Shown here piece after piece: positions 36,490 to 45,211 of a DNA stretch of 64,000 nucleotides. The DNA lies in the NCBI GenBank assembly GCA_035571835.1, contig DATNBU010000034.1, forward strand, positions 23,013 to 87,012. The letters run 5' to 3'. The notes below the pieces were generated by a model, which did no database searches, was not told the DNA's origin, and was given only the letters and a program-made list of their open reading frames with translations. The DNA comes from Candidatus Limnocylindrales bacterium. Its GTDB lineage: Bacteria; Desulfobacterota; Binatia; UBA1149; CAITLU01. Position numbers and translations under genes: made by a program. Each line of letters opens with the position of its first letter. The first letter of the stretch is position 1.

Positions 36490-37299
36490 ATGGAGCTGGT
36501 ACTTCGCAAGGACGCTTTCGCCGGGGAAACCCACATCGTGACCGGCGCTGCCCAGGGAATCGGCAACCGTGTGGCCGCCGTTCTCGCAGCGCACGGCGCC
36601 CGCGTTGCGCTCGTGGATCTCGACCCCGCCAAGCTCGAGGAAGCGCGGGCGGAGATGAAGGCCTACGCCGCCGTCGATCCGCTCGTCGTGGCAGCCAACG
36701 TGGCGAAGGAAGACGACGTGCGAAAAGCCGTCGCCGCGGTCATGGAGGCGAGTGGCCAGATCAACGGCCTCGTCAACGTCGCCGGCATCACGCGCGACGC
36801 GCGCATCATCAAGAAGGATTTCGCCGACTTCCAGGCGGTGCTCGGCGTGCATCTCCACGGCACGTTCCTGTTCACCCGCGAGGTTGCGTTCCAGGACTGG
36901 CATCCGCGCTTCAAGGCCAACGACAACAAGCCGCTGCGCGACGGGCAGAACCGCTTCATCGTGAACTTCTCGTCGGTCAGCGCGCGCAACGGCAACATCG
37001 GCCAGATCGACTACACCGCAGCCAAGGGCGCGATCGAGTCGATGACCAAGACGACGGCGCGCGAGTTCGCGCCGTACGGCGCGCGCGTCAATGCGATCGC
37101 GCCCGGCCCGGTCAACACGCCGATGCTCGCGGGCGTGCCGGCCGAAGGCATCGAGGCCATGTCGCGCGCAACGCTGATCGGACGCGTCTGCGAGCCGGTC
37201 GAGATGGCGCGCACGGTTGCTGCCATGGCCGATCCGAAACTTTTCGCGTACGTGACCGGCATCGTGCTGCAGGCCAACGGCGGGCTTCGCCTGGAATAG
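36490..37299 (+). CDS. SDR family oxidoreductase (FabG-like)
   Basis: TGAAQGIGNRVA Rossmann motif, NVAGI, and catalytic Y..AK (YTAAKGAIESMTK). GAGGAGGA lies upstream of ATG 36490. Confidence 0.9.
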   Translation: MELVLRKDAFAGETHIVTGAAQGIGNRVAAVLAAHGARVALVDLDPAKLEEARAEMKAYAAVDPLVVAANVAKEDDVRKAVAAVMEASGQINGLVNVAGITRDARIIKKDFADFQAVLGVHLHGTFLFTREVAFQDWHPRFKANDNKPLRDGQNRFIVNFSSVSARNGNIGQIDYTAAKGAIESMTKTTAREFAPYGARVNAIAPGPVNTPMLAGVPAEGIEAMSRATLIGRVCEPVEMARTVAAMADPKLFAYVTGIVLQANGGLRLE

Positions 37300-37374
37300 G
37301 CGCAGCGACGCCAGAGGAACGTCGGCAAAAGCCAGGCAGCTCATCGGCAAACAGTCACGAGGGAGACAGAAGAC

Positions 37375-39129
37375 GTGCCGGTCCATGCGCAGCAGATCGT
37401 TCTCGCAGCCTGGGCGCTGCTCGCCGGCGTGCTCCTCGGCCTCGGACTCCTCGAGCGAAGGCTTTTCGGACCTCGCCTGACGACCGGCAGCGAGCTGTGG
37501 ACGTCGTTCTGGATCGGCTGGGCGGTGCTGCTGGTCGGTCTCGAGCTCTGGCACTCGTTTCTTCCGATCGATGATCGCGCCCGCGTGTTTTTCACGCTCG
37601 TCGGCGCTGCCGGCTGGATCGTCGCCGGAACCGGGCCGTGGCGTGTCATCGGGCGTCTGCTGACGCGCTATTTCATCGCGATCGCCGCTGCGCTCGGCGC
37701 GGCGTACTGGCTGTCCAACCAGGCCCTTGCCGGCCCACGCTTCGGCGATACCGGCATGTACCTGGTGCCGACCATGCACTGGTACGAATCGTTCGCGATC
37801 GTTCCCGGGCTCGCCAACCTGTTCGTCCCGCTCGGAAACAACATCACGTATTTCCTCTACGGCGCGCTGCTCGACGGCGGACCGTTCGCGAAGCACGTCT
37901 ATCCGCTGATCAACACGCTGCTTGCGCTTGCGCTGCTGGCGCGCGGACTGTTTGCCGGCTTACGCCTCGTCGCGAGCCGGCATTCGACGGTCGGCGATCT
38001 CTTCTACGCGCTCGCGCTCGTGCCGCTGCTCGACATCATCTTCTCGCTGTACCTGACGAGCCCCATGCCGGACACGGCCGTGTTCCTGTACGGGCTGGTG
38101 CTTGCCGGCGAGCTCGTCGAGCTGCTGGCCAGCAGGACCCCGTCGCGGGCGCGGCTGCTGCGGCTGGTGTTCCTCAGCGCCGCTGCGCTTACGGTCAAGC
38201 TTTCGATCGCGGGTCTTGCGGTTGCGACGCCAGCGGTGGCGCTTCTGTGGTGGATATGGCGGACGCGGCCGCCGGTCATGGAAGCCGCCGCGACCACCGC
38301 GTTTTGCGCGCTCGTTGCGCTGATTCCGATCGGTCCGTGGATCGCGCGCAACATCGTGCTGAGCGGCTATCCGCTGTATCCGGCGATGATCTTTCCACTG
38401 CCGGTCGACTGGATCGCACGCGTCGACGCGACCGCATGGATCCAGCGGCCGATGGAGCTTGCGCCTCTGTGGACGATCTTCCGTGACACGGCGTGGTGGA
38501 AGCTTCGCCTGACGTCGCTCGGCTGGGACGGCACCGACGTGATGCGCCCGCTCGTGATGCTCGGCGTGGGTTTGGCGCTGGTCGCGGTTGCGAGACCTGT
38601 CGAGTGGTGGCGCCGCCGCCAGCGCGGCGCGCCGGCGATCGGCGAGCCGGGCGTCGAGCGGAACAGCTTCGAGCCGGCAAACGTGCCGCCGATCATCCTG
38701 CTCGCTCCGCTTGCAGCGTTCGTCTTCACGTTCCTCAACACGCCGATGCCGCGATACCAGGGCGCCACGCTGTGGATGTTCGGGATCGATCTTGTGATCC
38801 TCGCCATCGCGGCGATTGGCGGAACGGCCGGCCGGCTGGTGCGCGTGCTGTGCGTGCTCGCGGTCGTCGCCGTGAGCGCGCAGCCGGCAGAACGCCGCGA
38901 GCAGGCATGGCTTGCGCTGAAGGACTTCGAAGGCACCAGCCCGCCGCGTCTTCACGAAGAGACGCTCCCGAGCGGCCTCGTCGTTCGAGTTCCGGAAAAT
39001 CAGGTCTGCTGGTACGCGCCGCTTCCATGCACACCCGAGCCGCATCCGGGACTGTACCTGCGGCGTCCGGGTGACCTTGCTGGAGGCTTCGCCATCGATC
39101 CGTCCGTACCGGCGCCACCGACCCATTGA
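37375..39129 (+). CDS. Polytopic integral membrane protein, function unknown (O-antigen-polymerase/GT-C-like architecture)
   Basis: 584 aa with a GTG start and more than 10 hydrophobic helices. Contains GDTGMYLVPTMHWYESFAIVPGLANLF. I can name no family with confidence. Confidence 0.75.
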   Translation: MPVHAQQIVLAAWALLAGVLLGLGLLERRLFGPRLTTGSELWTSFWIGWAVLLVGLELWHSFLPIDDRARVFFTLVGAAGWIVAGTGPWRVIGRLLTRYFIAIAAALGAAYWLSNQALAGPRFGDTGMYLVPTMHWYESFAIVPGLANLFVPLGNNITYFLYGALLDGGPFAKHVYPLINTLLALALLARGLFAGLRLVASRHSTVGDLFYALALVPLLDIIFSLYLTSPMPDTAVFLYGLVLAGELVELLASRTPSRARLLRLVFLSAAALTVKLSIAGLAVATPAVALLWWIWRTRPPVMEAAATTAFCALVALIPIGPWIARNIVLSGYPLYPAMIFPLPVDWIARVDATAWIQRPMELAPLWTIFRDTAWWKLRLTSLGWDGTDVMRPLVMLGVGLALVAVARPVEWWRRRQRGAPAIGEPGVERNSFEPANVPPIILLAPLAAFVFTFLNTPMPRYQGATLWMFGIDLVILAIAAIGGTAGRLVRVLCVLAVVAVSAQPAERREQAWLALKDFEGTSPPRLHEETLPSGLVVRVPENQVCWYAPLPCTPEPHPGLYLRRPGDLAGGFAIDPSVPAPPTH

Positions 39130-39372
39130 ATCGAAGGACGATCCTCATGGAGCTCGCCGAGCATCCTCGTTGATGAGGCCGCGGAGGGATCCTTGCGGAT
39201 GATGCGCGTCTCTGATCCTTCGCGAATAACCCCACGAAGACACCGCCCGCAGCAGAGCGCACGAGTAGCTGGTTTGTACCCTGCGACGGCTCTATGGTGG
39301 TGATCGCACGCACGCCCGACTCGCGTGGCGGCGAGGCTACAGCTCTCCCGGAAAGGCGGTGCAGGAACCCCG

Positions 39373-41757
39373 ATGTCTTCGAGCGGCAACATCAAACGTG
39401 TTCCAGGCGGCGCCGGAGAGCCTTCTCCCGACGAGAGGCTCGCGGTGCTCGGCGATCTCGAACGGCGTGTGCTGTGGCTTGCGTGCTGGATGATCCACCA
39501 CGCCAACCACATCCGGCCGAAGCGCGACGGGCTGAAGGTGGGAGGCCACCAGGCTTCGTCCGCGTCGCTTACGACATTGATGACGGCATTGTGGTTCGAT
39601 TGCCTGCGGCCGCAGGATCGCGTCGCCGTCAAGCCGCACGCAAGCCCGGCCTATCACGCGATCCAGTACATCCTCGGACGCCAGGGCCGCGAAGCGCTCG
39701 AAAAGTTCCGCGCGTACGGCGGCGCGCAGTCGTATCCGTCTCGCACCAAGGATGCTGACGACGTCGATTTCTCGACCGGCTCGGTCGGCCTCGGCGTCGC
39801 GATGACGAGCTTCGCTGCGCTGACGCGCGATTACGTCCACGCGCGCAAGCTCGTCCAGGACGGAACCGCCGCCGGCCGCATGATCGCGCTCGTCGGCGAC
39901 GCCGAGCTCGACGAAGGCAACGTCTTCGAGTGCATGCTCGAAGGCTGGAAGCATGACGTCCGCGACGTCTGGTGGGTGATCGACTACAACCGCCAGAGCC
40001 TCGACGTGATCTGCGACGACCGCCTGTTCCAGCGCATCGACTCGATCTTCGAGAGCATGGGATGGCGCGTGGTCACGCTCAAGTACGGACGGCGCCTCGA
40101 AAGCGTGTTCGCACGCCGCGGCGGCGATGCGCTGCGCGACTGGATCGAGCGCTGCCCGAACTCGCTCTACTCGTCGCTCGTCTACCGCGGCGGCGCCGAA
40201 TTCCGCCAGCACCTGGTGCGCGATCTCGGATCGACGAGCGGCATCTCCGAGATCCTCGACGAGCACGACGACGCGAAGCTGCACCAGCTGATGACCAATC
40301 TCGGCGGTCACGACCTCGAAGCGATCCGCGACGCGTTTCATGGTGCGATGGAGGACGAGCAGCCGACGTGCTTCCTCGCGTACACGATCAAGGGCTACGG
40401 TCTTCCGTTCGCCGGCCACAAGGACAATCACGCGGGCCTCATGAGCCCCGAGCAGATGGAAACGTTCCGCACGCTGATGAACGTGCGTCCGGGGCACGAG
40501 TGGGATCTGTGGGAAGGCGCTGCGCTTGCCGCCCCGCAGCTCGAATCGTTCGTCGCTGCCAATCCGCTCTACAAGCACCCGCCGCGGCGCTTCGAATCTC
40601 CGCTGATCACGGTGCCGGCGAAGCTCACCGCGCCGAAAGCGGACTCTATGTCGACGCAGGAAGGCTTCGGTCGCATTCTCGGCGAGCTTGCGCGCACCGG
40701 CGGCGAGATGGCCGATCACATCGTGACGACGTCGCCCGACGTCGCGAGCTCGACCAACCTCGGCGGATGGGTCAGCCGGCGCGGCCTGTTCGAACGCAAG
40801 CCGCAGTCGGACGCGTTCATCGAGGAGAACGTCGCGACCACGCAGCGGTGGGTCGCGTCTCCGAACGGGCATCACATCGAGCTCGGCATTGCCGAGAACA
40901 ATCTTTTTCTCGCGCTGGCGGCGCTCGGGCTTTCGCACTCGCTGTTCGGCGCGCGGCTGCTTCCGATCGGGACCGTCTACGATCCGTTCATCGCGCGCGG
41001 CCTCGATGCGCTCAATTACGCGTGCTACCAGGACTCGCGCTTCATTCTGGTCGCGACGCCGTCCGGTCTCGCGCTCGCGCCCGAAGGCGGCGCGCACCAG
41101 TCGGTCAACACGCCGCTGATCGGCATGAGCCAGCCCGGGCTGCTTTCGTACGAGCCGTCGTACGTCGACGAGCTCGCGGTGATCCTGCGCTTCGGCCTCG
41201 AGCACATGCAGAAGCCCGACGGCTCGTCGCTGTATCTGCGGCTTTCGACCCGCCACCTGCAGCAGCCGAAACGCGAGATCGACGAGACGCTCGAGCACGA
41301 CATCATCCACGGCGCGTACTGGCTCGCGGCGCCGGAGCCCGGCACGCCGATCGCGATCGTCGCGAGCGGAGTCGTCGCCGAAGAAGCGATGGCCGCGCTC
41401 GACGCGATCCGCGAGGACGTTCCCGGCATCGGGCTGCTGGTGGTGACTTCGTCGGACCGCTGTCATTCGGACTGGGTCGCGGCTTCGCGTGCGCGCCGGC
41501 TCGGCGAAAGCGGCGCGCTCTGCCACATCGAACGGCAGCTTTCGGTTCTCGCTCCCGGGGCTTCGCTGGTTTCGGTGCTCGACGGCCATCCCGCGGCGCT
41601 GTCGTGGCTCGGCGGCGTGGCCGATTACCGCATCGTGCCGCTCGGCAACGAGCGTTTCGGTCAGTCCGGCGATATCATCGATCTTTACCACCACTATGAG
41701 CTCGACGCGGATTCGATCGTCGACGCTGCGGCTCGCGCGCTGCTGGAGACACTCTGA
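39373..41757 (+). CDS. aceE: 2-oxoacid (pyruvate) dehydrogenase E1 component, homodimeric AceE-like
   Basis: About 794 aa. ...RRVLWLACWMIHHANHIRPKRDGLKVGGHQASSASLTTLM...GSVGLGVAMTSF...GDAELDEGNVFE (ThDP motif). It is followed by E2 and E3 genes. Confidence 0.88.
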   Translation: MSSSGNIKRVPGGAGEPSPDERLAVLGDLERRVLWLACWMIHHANHIRPKRDGLKVGGHQASSASLTTLMTALWFDCLRPQDRVAVKPHASPAYHAIQYILGRQGREALEKFRAYGGAQSYPSRTKDADDVDFSTGSVGLGVAMTSFAALTRDYVHARKLVQDGTAAGRMIALVGDAELDEGNVFECMLEGWKHDVRDVWWVIDYNRQSLDVICDDRLFQRIDSIFESMGWRVVTLKYGRRLESVFARRGGDALRDWIERCPNSLYSSLVYRGGAEFRQHLVRDLGSTSGISEILDEHDDAKLHQLMTNLGGHDLEAIRDAFHGAMEDEQPTCFLAYTIKGYGLPFAGHKDNHAGLMSPEQMETFRTLMNVRPGHEWDLWEGAALAAPQLESFVAANPLYKHPPRRFESPLITVPAKLTAPKADSMSTQEGFGRILGELARTGGEMADHIVTTSPDVASSTNLGGWVSRRGLFERKPQSDAFIEENVATTQRWVASPNGHHIELGIAENNLFLALAALGLSHSLFGARLLPIGTVYDPFIARGLDALNYACYQDSRFILVATPSGLALAPEGGAHQSVNTPLIGMSQPGLLSYEPSYVDELAVILRFGLEHMQKPDGSSLYLRLSTRHLQQPKREIDETLEHDIIHGAYWLAAPEPGTPIAIVASGVVAEEAMAALDAIREDVPGIGLLVVTSSDRCHSDWVAASRARRLGESGALCHIERQLSVLAPGASLVSVLDGHPAALSWLGGVADYRIVPLGNERFGQSGDIIDLYHHYELDADSIVDAAARALLETL

Positions 41758-43226
41758 TGCGAGTCGAAATCGTGATGCCGCGTCTTTCCGATTCGATGTC
41801 CGAGGGGTCGGTGACGACCTGGTTCAAGAACGAGGGCGACACGGTGAGCGAAGGCGAAGCGATCGCCGAGCTCGAAACCGAAAAGTCCAACGTCGATCTT
41901 CAGGCTCCGGCTAGCGGCGTGCTGGCAAAGATCGTCGTTGCGGCCGGCAGCGGCGCGGTCGCGGTCGGCGCGAAGCTTGCCGAGATCGAGACCGATGCTG
42001 CGGCGGCCAAGAGTCCGGCGAAAGCAGCAAGTACCCCCGCGGCGCCCGCGCAGCCGAAAGCGAATGAAGGAGCTGCTGCTGCGCAGGCGAAGTCGAACGA
42101 TGCGACTCCTTCTGCTCCGGCGGCCGACAAGGTCGTGCAGGGCGGAAGCGAAGCACCGGAACGCGGCGGCGGCGAGCCTTCGCGCGCCGCGCCGCCGCAG
42201 GGCAAACCTTCGGAGTCCCGACCGGCGTCGCGCAGCGCGGCGGCCAAGGGTCTGTCGCTCGCAACCAAGGCGCCGGCGCGCAGTGCATCCGACGAGCAGC
42301 GAAACGTTCCGGATCAGGAGCGCGAAAAGGTCGCCGCCACACCGCTCGCGCGGCGCATGGCCGCGCAGGCCGGGCTTTCGCTCGACGACATCCGGCCGAC
42401 CGGCATCGGCGGCAAGATCTGCAAGGCCGACATCGAAGCCGCGCTCGGCCGTTCGCAGCCGCTGGCGATGGTCTCGTCGCGCGCTGCTTCCTCGGTGCTT
42501 GCGACAAGAGGCGTCGGCGTCCGTACGGCAGCCGCGCCCGCGACGGGCGGCGCTTCTGCGCCGATGTCGCGCGTGCGCCGCACGATCGCCGAGCGCATGG
42601 CGCGCTCGAAAGCGACCATTCCGCATTTCTACCTGTCGGTGGATTGCCGCGTCGATCGCCTGCTCGATACGCGCGAGCGGCTGAAGGCGGACGGCCTTTC
42701 GATTTCCGTCAACGACTTCGTGGTTCGCGCATCTGCGATTGCGCTCGGCCGCGTGCCGGAAGCGAACGCTTCGTGGATCGACGGCGAAGGCGGCATCGTG
42801 CGCCACGAGCCGATCGACATCGCGGTGGCCGTGGCCCTCGACGACGGGCTGATCACGCCGGTCGTACGCGCGGTCGATACGCTCGGGCTCGTCGCGATCG
42901 GCGAAGCCATCCGCGACCTTGCCGCCCGCGCCCGCGACGGCAAGCTCGCGCCGCACGAATACGACGGCGCGACGTTCACGATCTCGAACCTCGGCATGTA
43001 CGGCGTCGGGTCGCTGTTCGCGATCATCAATCCGCCGCAGTCGTGCATTCTCGGCGTCGGCGCCGCCGAAGCGCGGCCGGTTGTCGAAGACGGCAAGGTC
43101 GTGGCCGGCACGGTGATGACGCTTACGGTCTCGGCTGATCATCGCGTGCTCGACGGCACGACCGGGGCAAAGCTTCTCGGTGAGATCCGCCGGCTGCTCG
43201 AAGATCCCGCGCGGATGCTGGCCTGA
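41757..43226 (+). CDS. aceF: Dihydrolipoamide acyltransferase (E2) with one lipoyl domain
   Basis: Lipoyl domain MRVEIVMPRLSDSMSEGSVTTWFKNEGDTVSEGEAIAELETEKSNVDL, an Ala/Pro linker, a PSBD (TPLARRMAAQAGLSLDDIRPTGIGGKI), and the catalytic motif SADHRVLDG. The start overlaps the E1 stop (TGATG). Confidence 0.92.
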   Translation: MRVEIVMPRLSDSMSEGSVTTWFKNEGDTVSEGEAIAELETEKSNVDLQAPASGVLAKIVVAAGSGAVAVGAKLAEIETDAAAAKSPAKAASTPAAPAQPKANEGAAAAQAKSNDATPSAPAADKVVQGGSEAPERGGGEPSRAAPPQGKPSESRPASRSAAAKGLSLATKAPARSASDEQRNVPDQEREKVAATPLARRMAAQAGLSLDDIRPTGIGGKICKADIEAALGRSQPLAMVSSRAASSVLATRGVGVRTAAAPATGGASAPMSRVRRTIAERMARSKATIPHFYLSVDCRVDRLLDTRERLKADGLSISVNDFVVRASAIALGRVPEANASWIDGEGGIVRHEPIDIAVAVALDDGLITPVVRAVDTLGLVAIGEAIRDLAARARDGKLAPHEYDGATFTISNLGMYGVGSLFAIINPPQSCILGVGAAEARPVVEDGKVVAGTVMTLTVSADHRVLDGTTGAKLLGEIRRLLEDPARMLA

Positions 43227-43240
43227 AAAGGGCGGACGTC

Positions 43241-44713
43241 GTGGCCGCCAGCGATCAACGTTTCGATGTCGTCGTGATCGGCGCCGGCCCCGGCGGTTAC
43301 GTCGCGGCGCTGCGCGCACGCCAGCGCGGCCTGTCCGCTGCCGTCATCGAGCGCGACCGCCTCGGCGGCGTGTGCGCGAACCAGGGATGCATTCCGACCA
43401 AGGCGCTGCTGCGCTCGGCGGAAGTCTATGCACTGGCCCGCAATGCGGCGTCGTTCGGCGTCACCATCGAAAAGGTTTCGTTCGACATCGGCGCCATCGC
43501 CGAGCGCGCGAAGAAAACCGCGGCGCGCATGGAGAAGAGCGTCGAGTCCTTGCTTCGCTCCGCGAAGATTCCGGTGTTCCAGGGAAGCGCCCGCCTGGCG
43601 GGAGATCACCGCGTGGCGGTTTCGGGCGGCGCAAGCGGCGACCTGCTGCTCGAGGCTGCGCACATCGTGCTCGCGACCGGTGCGCGCGCACGCGTTCCGT
43701 CCGGCTTCGAAAGCGACGGCCGCATCGTCTGGACATATCGCGAGGCGCTGACGCCCGCTGCCATGCCGCGTTCGATCCTCGTGATGGGCGCCGGCGCGAT
43801 CGGCGTCGAGTTCGCGAGCTTCTACCGCATGCTCGGCGCCGAAGTGACGCTCGTCGAAATGCTGCCGCGCATCCTGCCGATGGAAGACAAGGACATCAGC
43901 GAAGCGATGCGCCGCGCGATGACCAAGCAGGGCGTGCGCATCCTGACCGATGCGAAGGTCGCTGCGATCACCAAGACCGACAGCTCGATGACCGCAACGG
44001 TCGAGACCGGAAGCGACGCCGCGAAGAAAACCGAAACGATCACCGCGGATCATCTGCTCGTCGCCACCGGAATTTCGGCGAACGTCGAGGACCTCGGTCT
44101 GGAGCAGACGAAAGTGCGCATCGAGCGCGGACACATCGTCGTCGACGAATGGCTCGCGACCGACGAGCCGGGGATCTACGCGATCGGAGATCTCGTCGGT
44201 CCGCCGTGGCTCGCGCACAAGGCGAGCCGCGAGGCGGTGATCTGCATCGATCGGATCGCCGGAGCGGGCGGCCTGCGATCGCTCGCCGTCGACGCGTCGC
44301 CGTCGTGCACGTACGCGATGCCGCAGGTGGCAAGCGTCGGCCTGACCGAAGAGGCCGCCGTCGCGAGCGGACGCAGCGTGCGATGCGGCCGCTCGACGTT
44401 CGTCGGAAACGGAAAGGCCCGCGCACTCGGCGACACCGAGGGCTTCGTCAAGACGGTCTTCGACGCGGACTCGGGCGAGCTGCTCGGCGCGCACATGATC
44501 GGACCGGAGGTCACCGAGCTCGTCGCGACGTTCGCGCTCGCGCGCACGCTCGAAGCCACCGAGGAAGAAATCCTGGCCACGGTATTCCCGCATCCGACGC
44601 TGTCGGAGGCGGTCCACGAGTCGGTCGAGGCGGCGTTCCCCGTCATGGCCGGGGTCGCCGGCGGACAGGCGAGCGGCTCCGCACCCGAGCCACCGGCCCG
44701 CGCAAAATCCTGA
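43241..44713 (+). CDS. lpdA: Dihydrolipoyl dehydrogenase (E3)
   Basis: GTG start. VVVIGAGPGGYVAALRA...GGVCANQGCIPTKALL redox-active disulfide, and C-terminal HPTLSEA. Confidence 0.93.
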   Translation: MAASDQRFDVVVIGAGPGGYVAALRARQRGLSAAVIERDRLGGVCANQGCIPTKALLRSAEVYALARNAASFGVTIEKVSFDIGAIAERAKKTAARMEKSVESLLRSAKIPVFQGSARLAGDHRVAVSGGASGDLLLEAAHIVLATGARARVPSGFESDGRIVWTYREALTPAAMPRSILVMGAGAIGVEFASFYRMLGAEVTLVEMLPRILPMEDKDISEAMRRAMTKQGVRILTDAKVAAITKTDSSMTATVETGSDAAKKTETITADHLLVATGISANVEDLGLEQTKVRIERGHIVVDEWLATDEPGIYAIGDLVGPPWLAHKASREAVICIDRIAGAGGLRSLAVDASPSCTYAMPQVASVGLTEEAAVASGRSVRCGRSTFVGNGKARALGDTEGFVKTVFDADSGELLGAHMIGPEVTELVATFALARTLEATEEEILATVFPHPTLSEAVHESVEAAFPVMAGVAGGQASGSAPEPPARAKS

Positions 44714-44860
44714 ACCTTACCAGCGCTCTCGTGCCACATGGCCGGCCGATTCTGCGACCTCCGGCACCACCTCTGAATCGTTGGCAGGACCCGCCGGCCG
44801 GGCGCACGGTCCGACCCCCCTCAGATCGAGTTGACCGCTGGCCGGCCCCTGCCATACTCC

Positions 44861-44884
44861 GAAATTGAACATCGTTTTCAGAAA
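44861..44884 (+). promoter_or_regulatory. AT-rich imperfect palindrome, possible Fur box upstream of feoAB
   Basis: GAAATTGAACATCGTTTTCAGAAA (TGAACA-N3-TTTTCA) is a conspicuous AT-rich patch in a GC-rich genome, about 30-50 nt upstream of the feoA ATG. The match to the Fur consensus is only partial. Confidence 0.3.
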
Positions 44885-44911
44885 GGCCCGATTGAGGTAG
44901 AATCCGCTCCG

Positions 44912-45211
44912 ATGGTGACTCCGCTCTCCAAGCTTCCGCTCCGAAGCCGGGCCAAGGTGCTCCGGGTCGGAGGTCAGCCCGGTTTTCGCCGCCGGCTGAT
45001 GGAGTTCGGTCTGGTCCCCGGGACCACGGTCGAAGTGGTCCGCGTCGCGCCGCTCGGTGATCCGCTGCAACTGCTGGTGCGCGGCTGCCGGCTGTCGATC
45101 CGTCTTGCCGAGGCGGCCGAAGTCACCGTCTTCGCCGGCGAAGAGCGCGACATTCTCTCGCCCGAGCCGGTCGCGCCGGGCAACGATGCCTGCGCAGGCT
45201 GCAAGCTGTGA
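44912..45211 (+). CDS. feoA: Ferrous iron transport protein A
   Basis: MVTPLSKLPLRSRAKVLRVGGQPGFRRRLMEFGLVPGTTVEVVRVAPLGDPLQLLVRGCRLSIRLAEAAEV. GAGGTAG lies upstream. Confidence 0.85.
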   Translation: MVTPLSKLPLRSRAKVLRVGGQPGFRRRLMEFGLVPGTTVEVVRVAPLGDPLQLLVRGCRLSIRLAEAAEVTVFAGEERDILSPEPVAPGNDACAGCKL

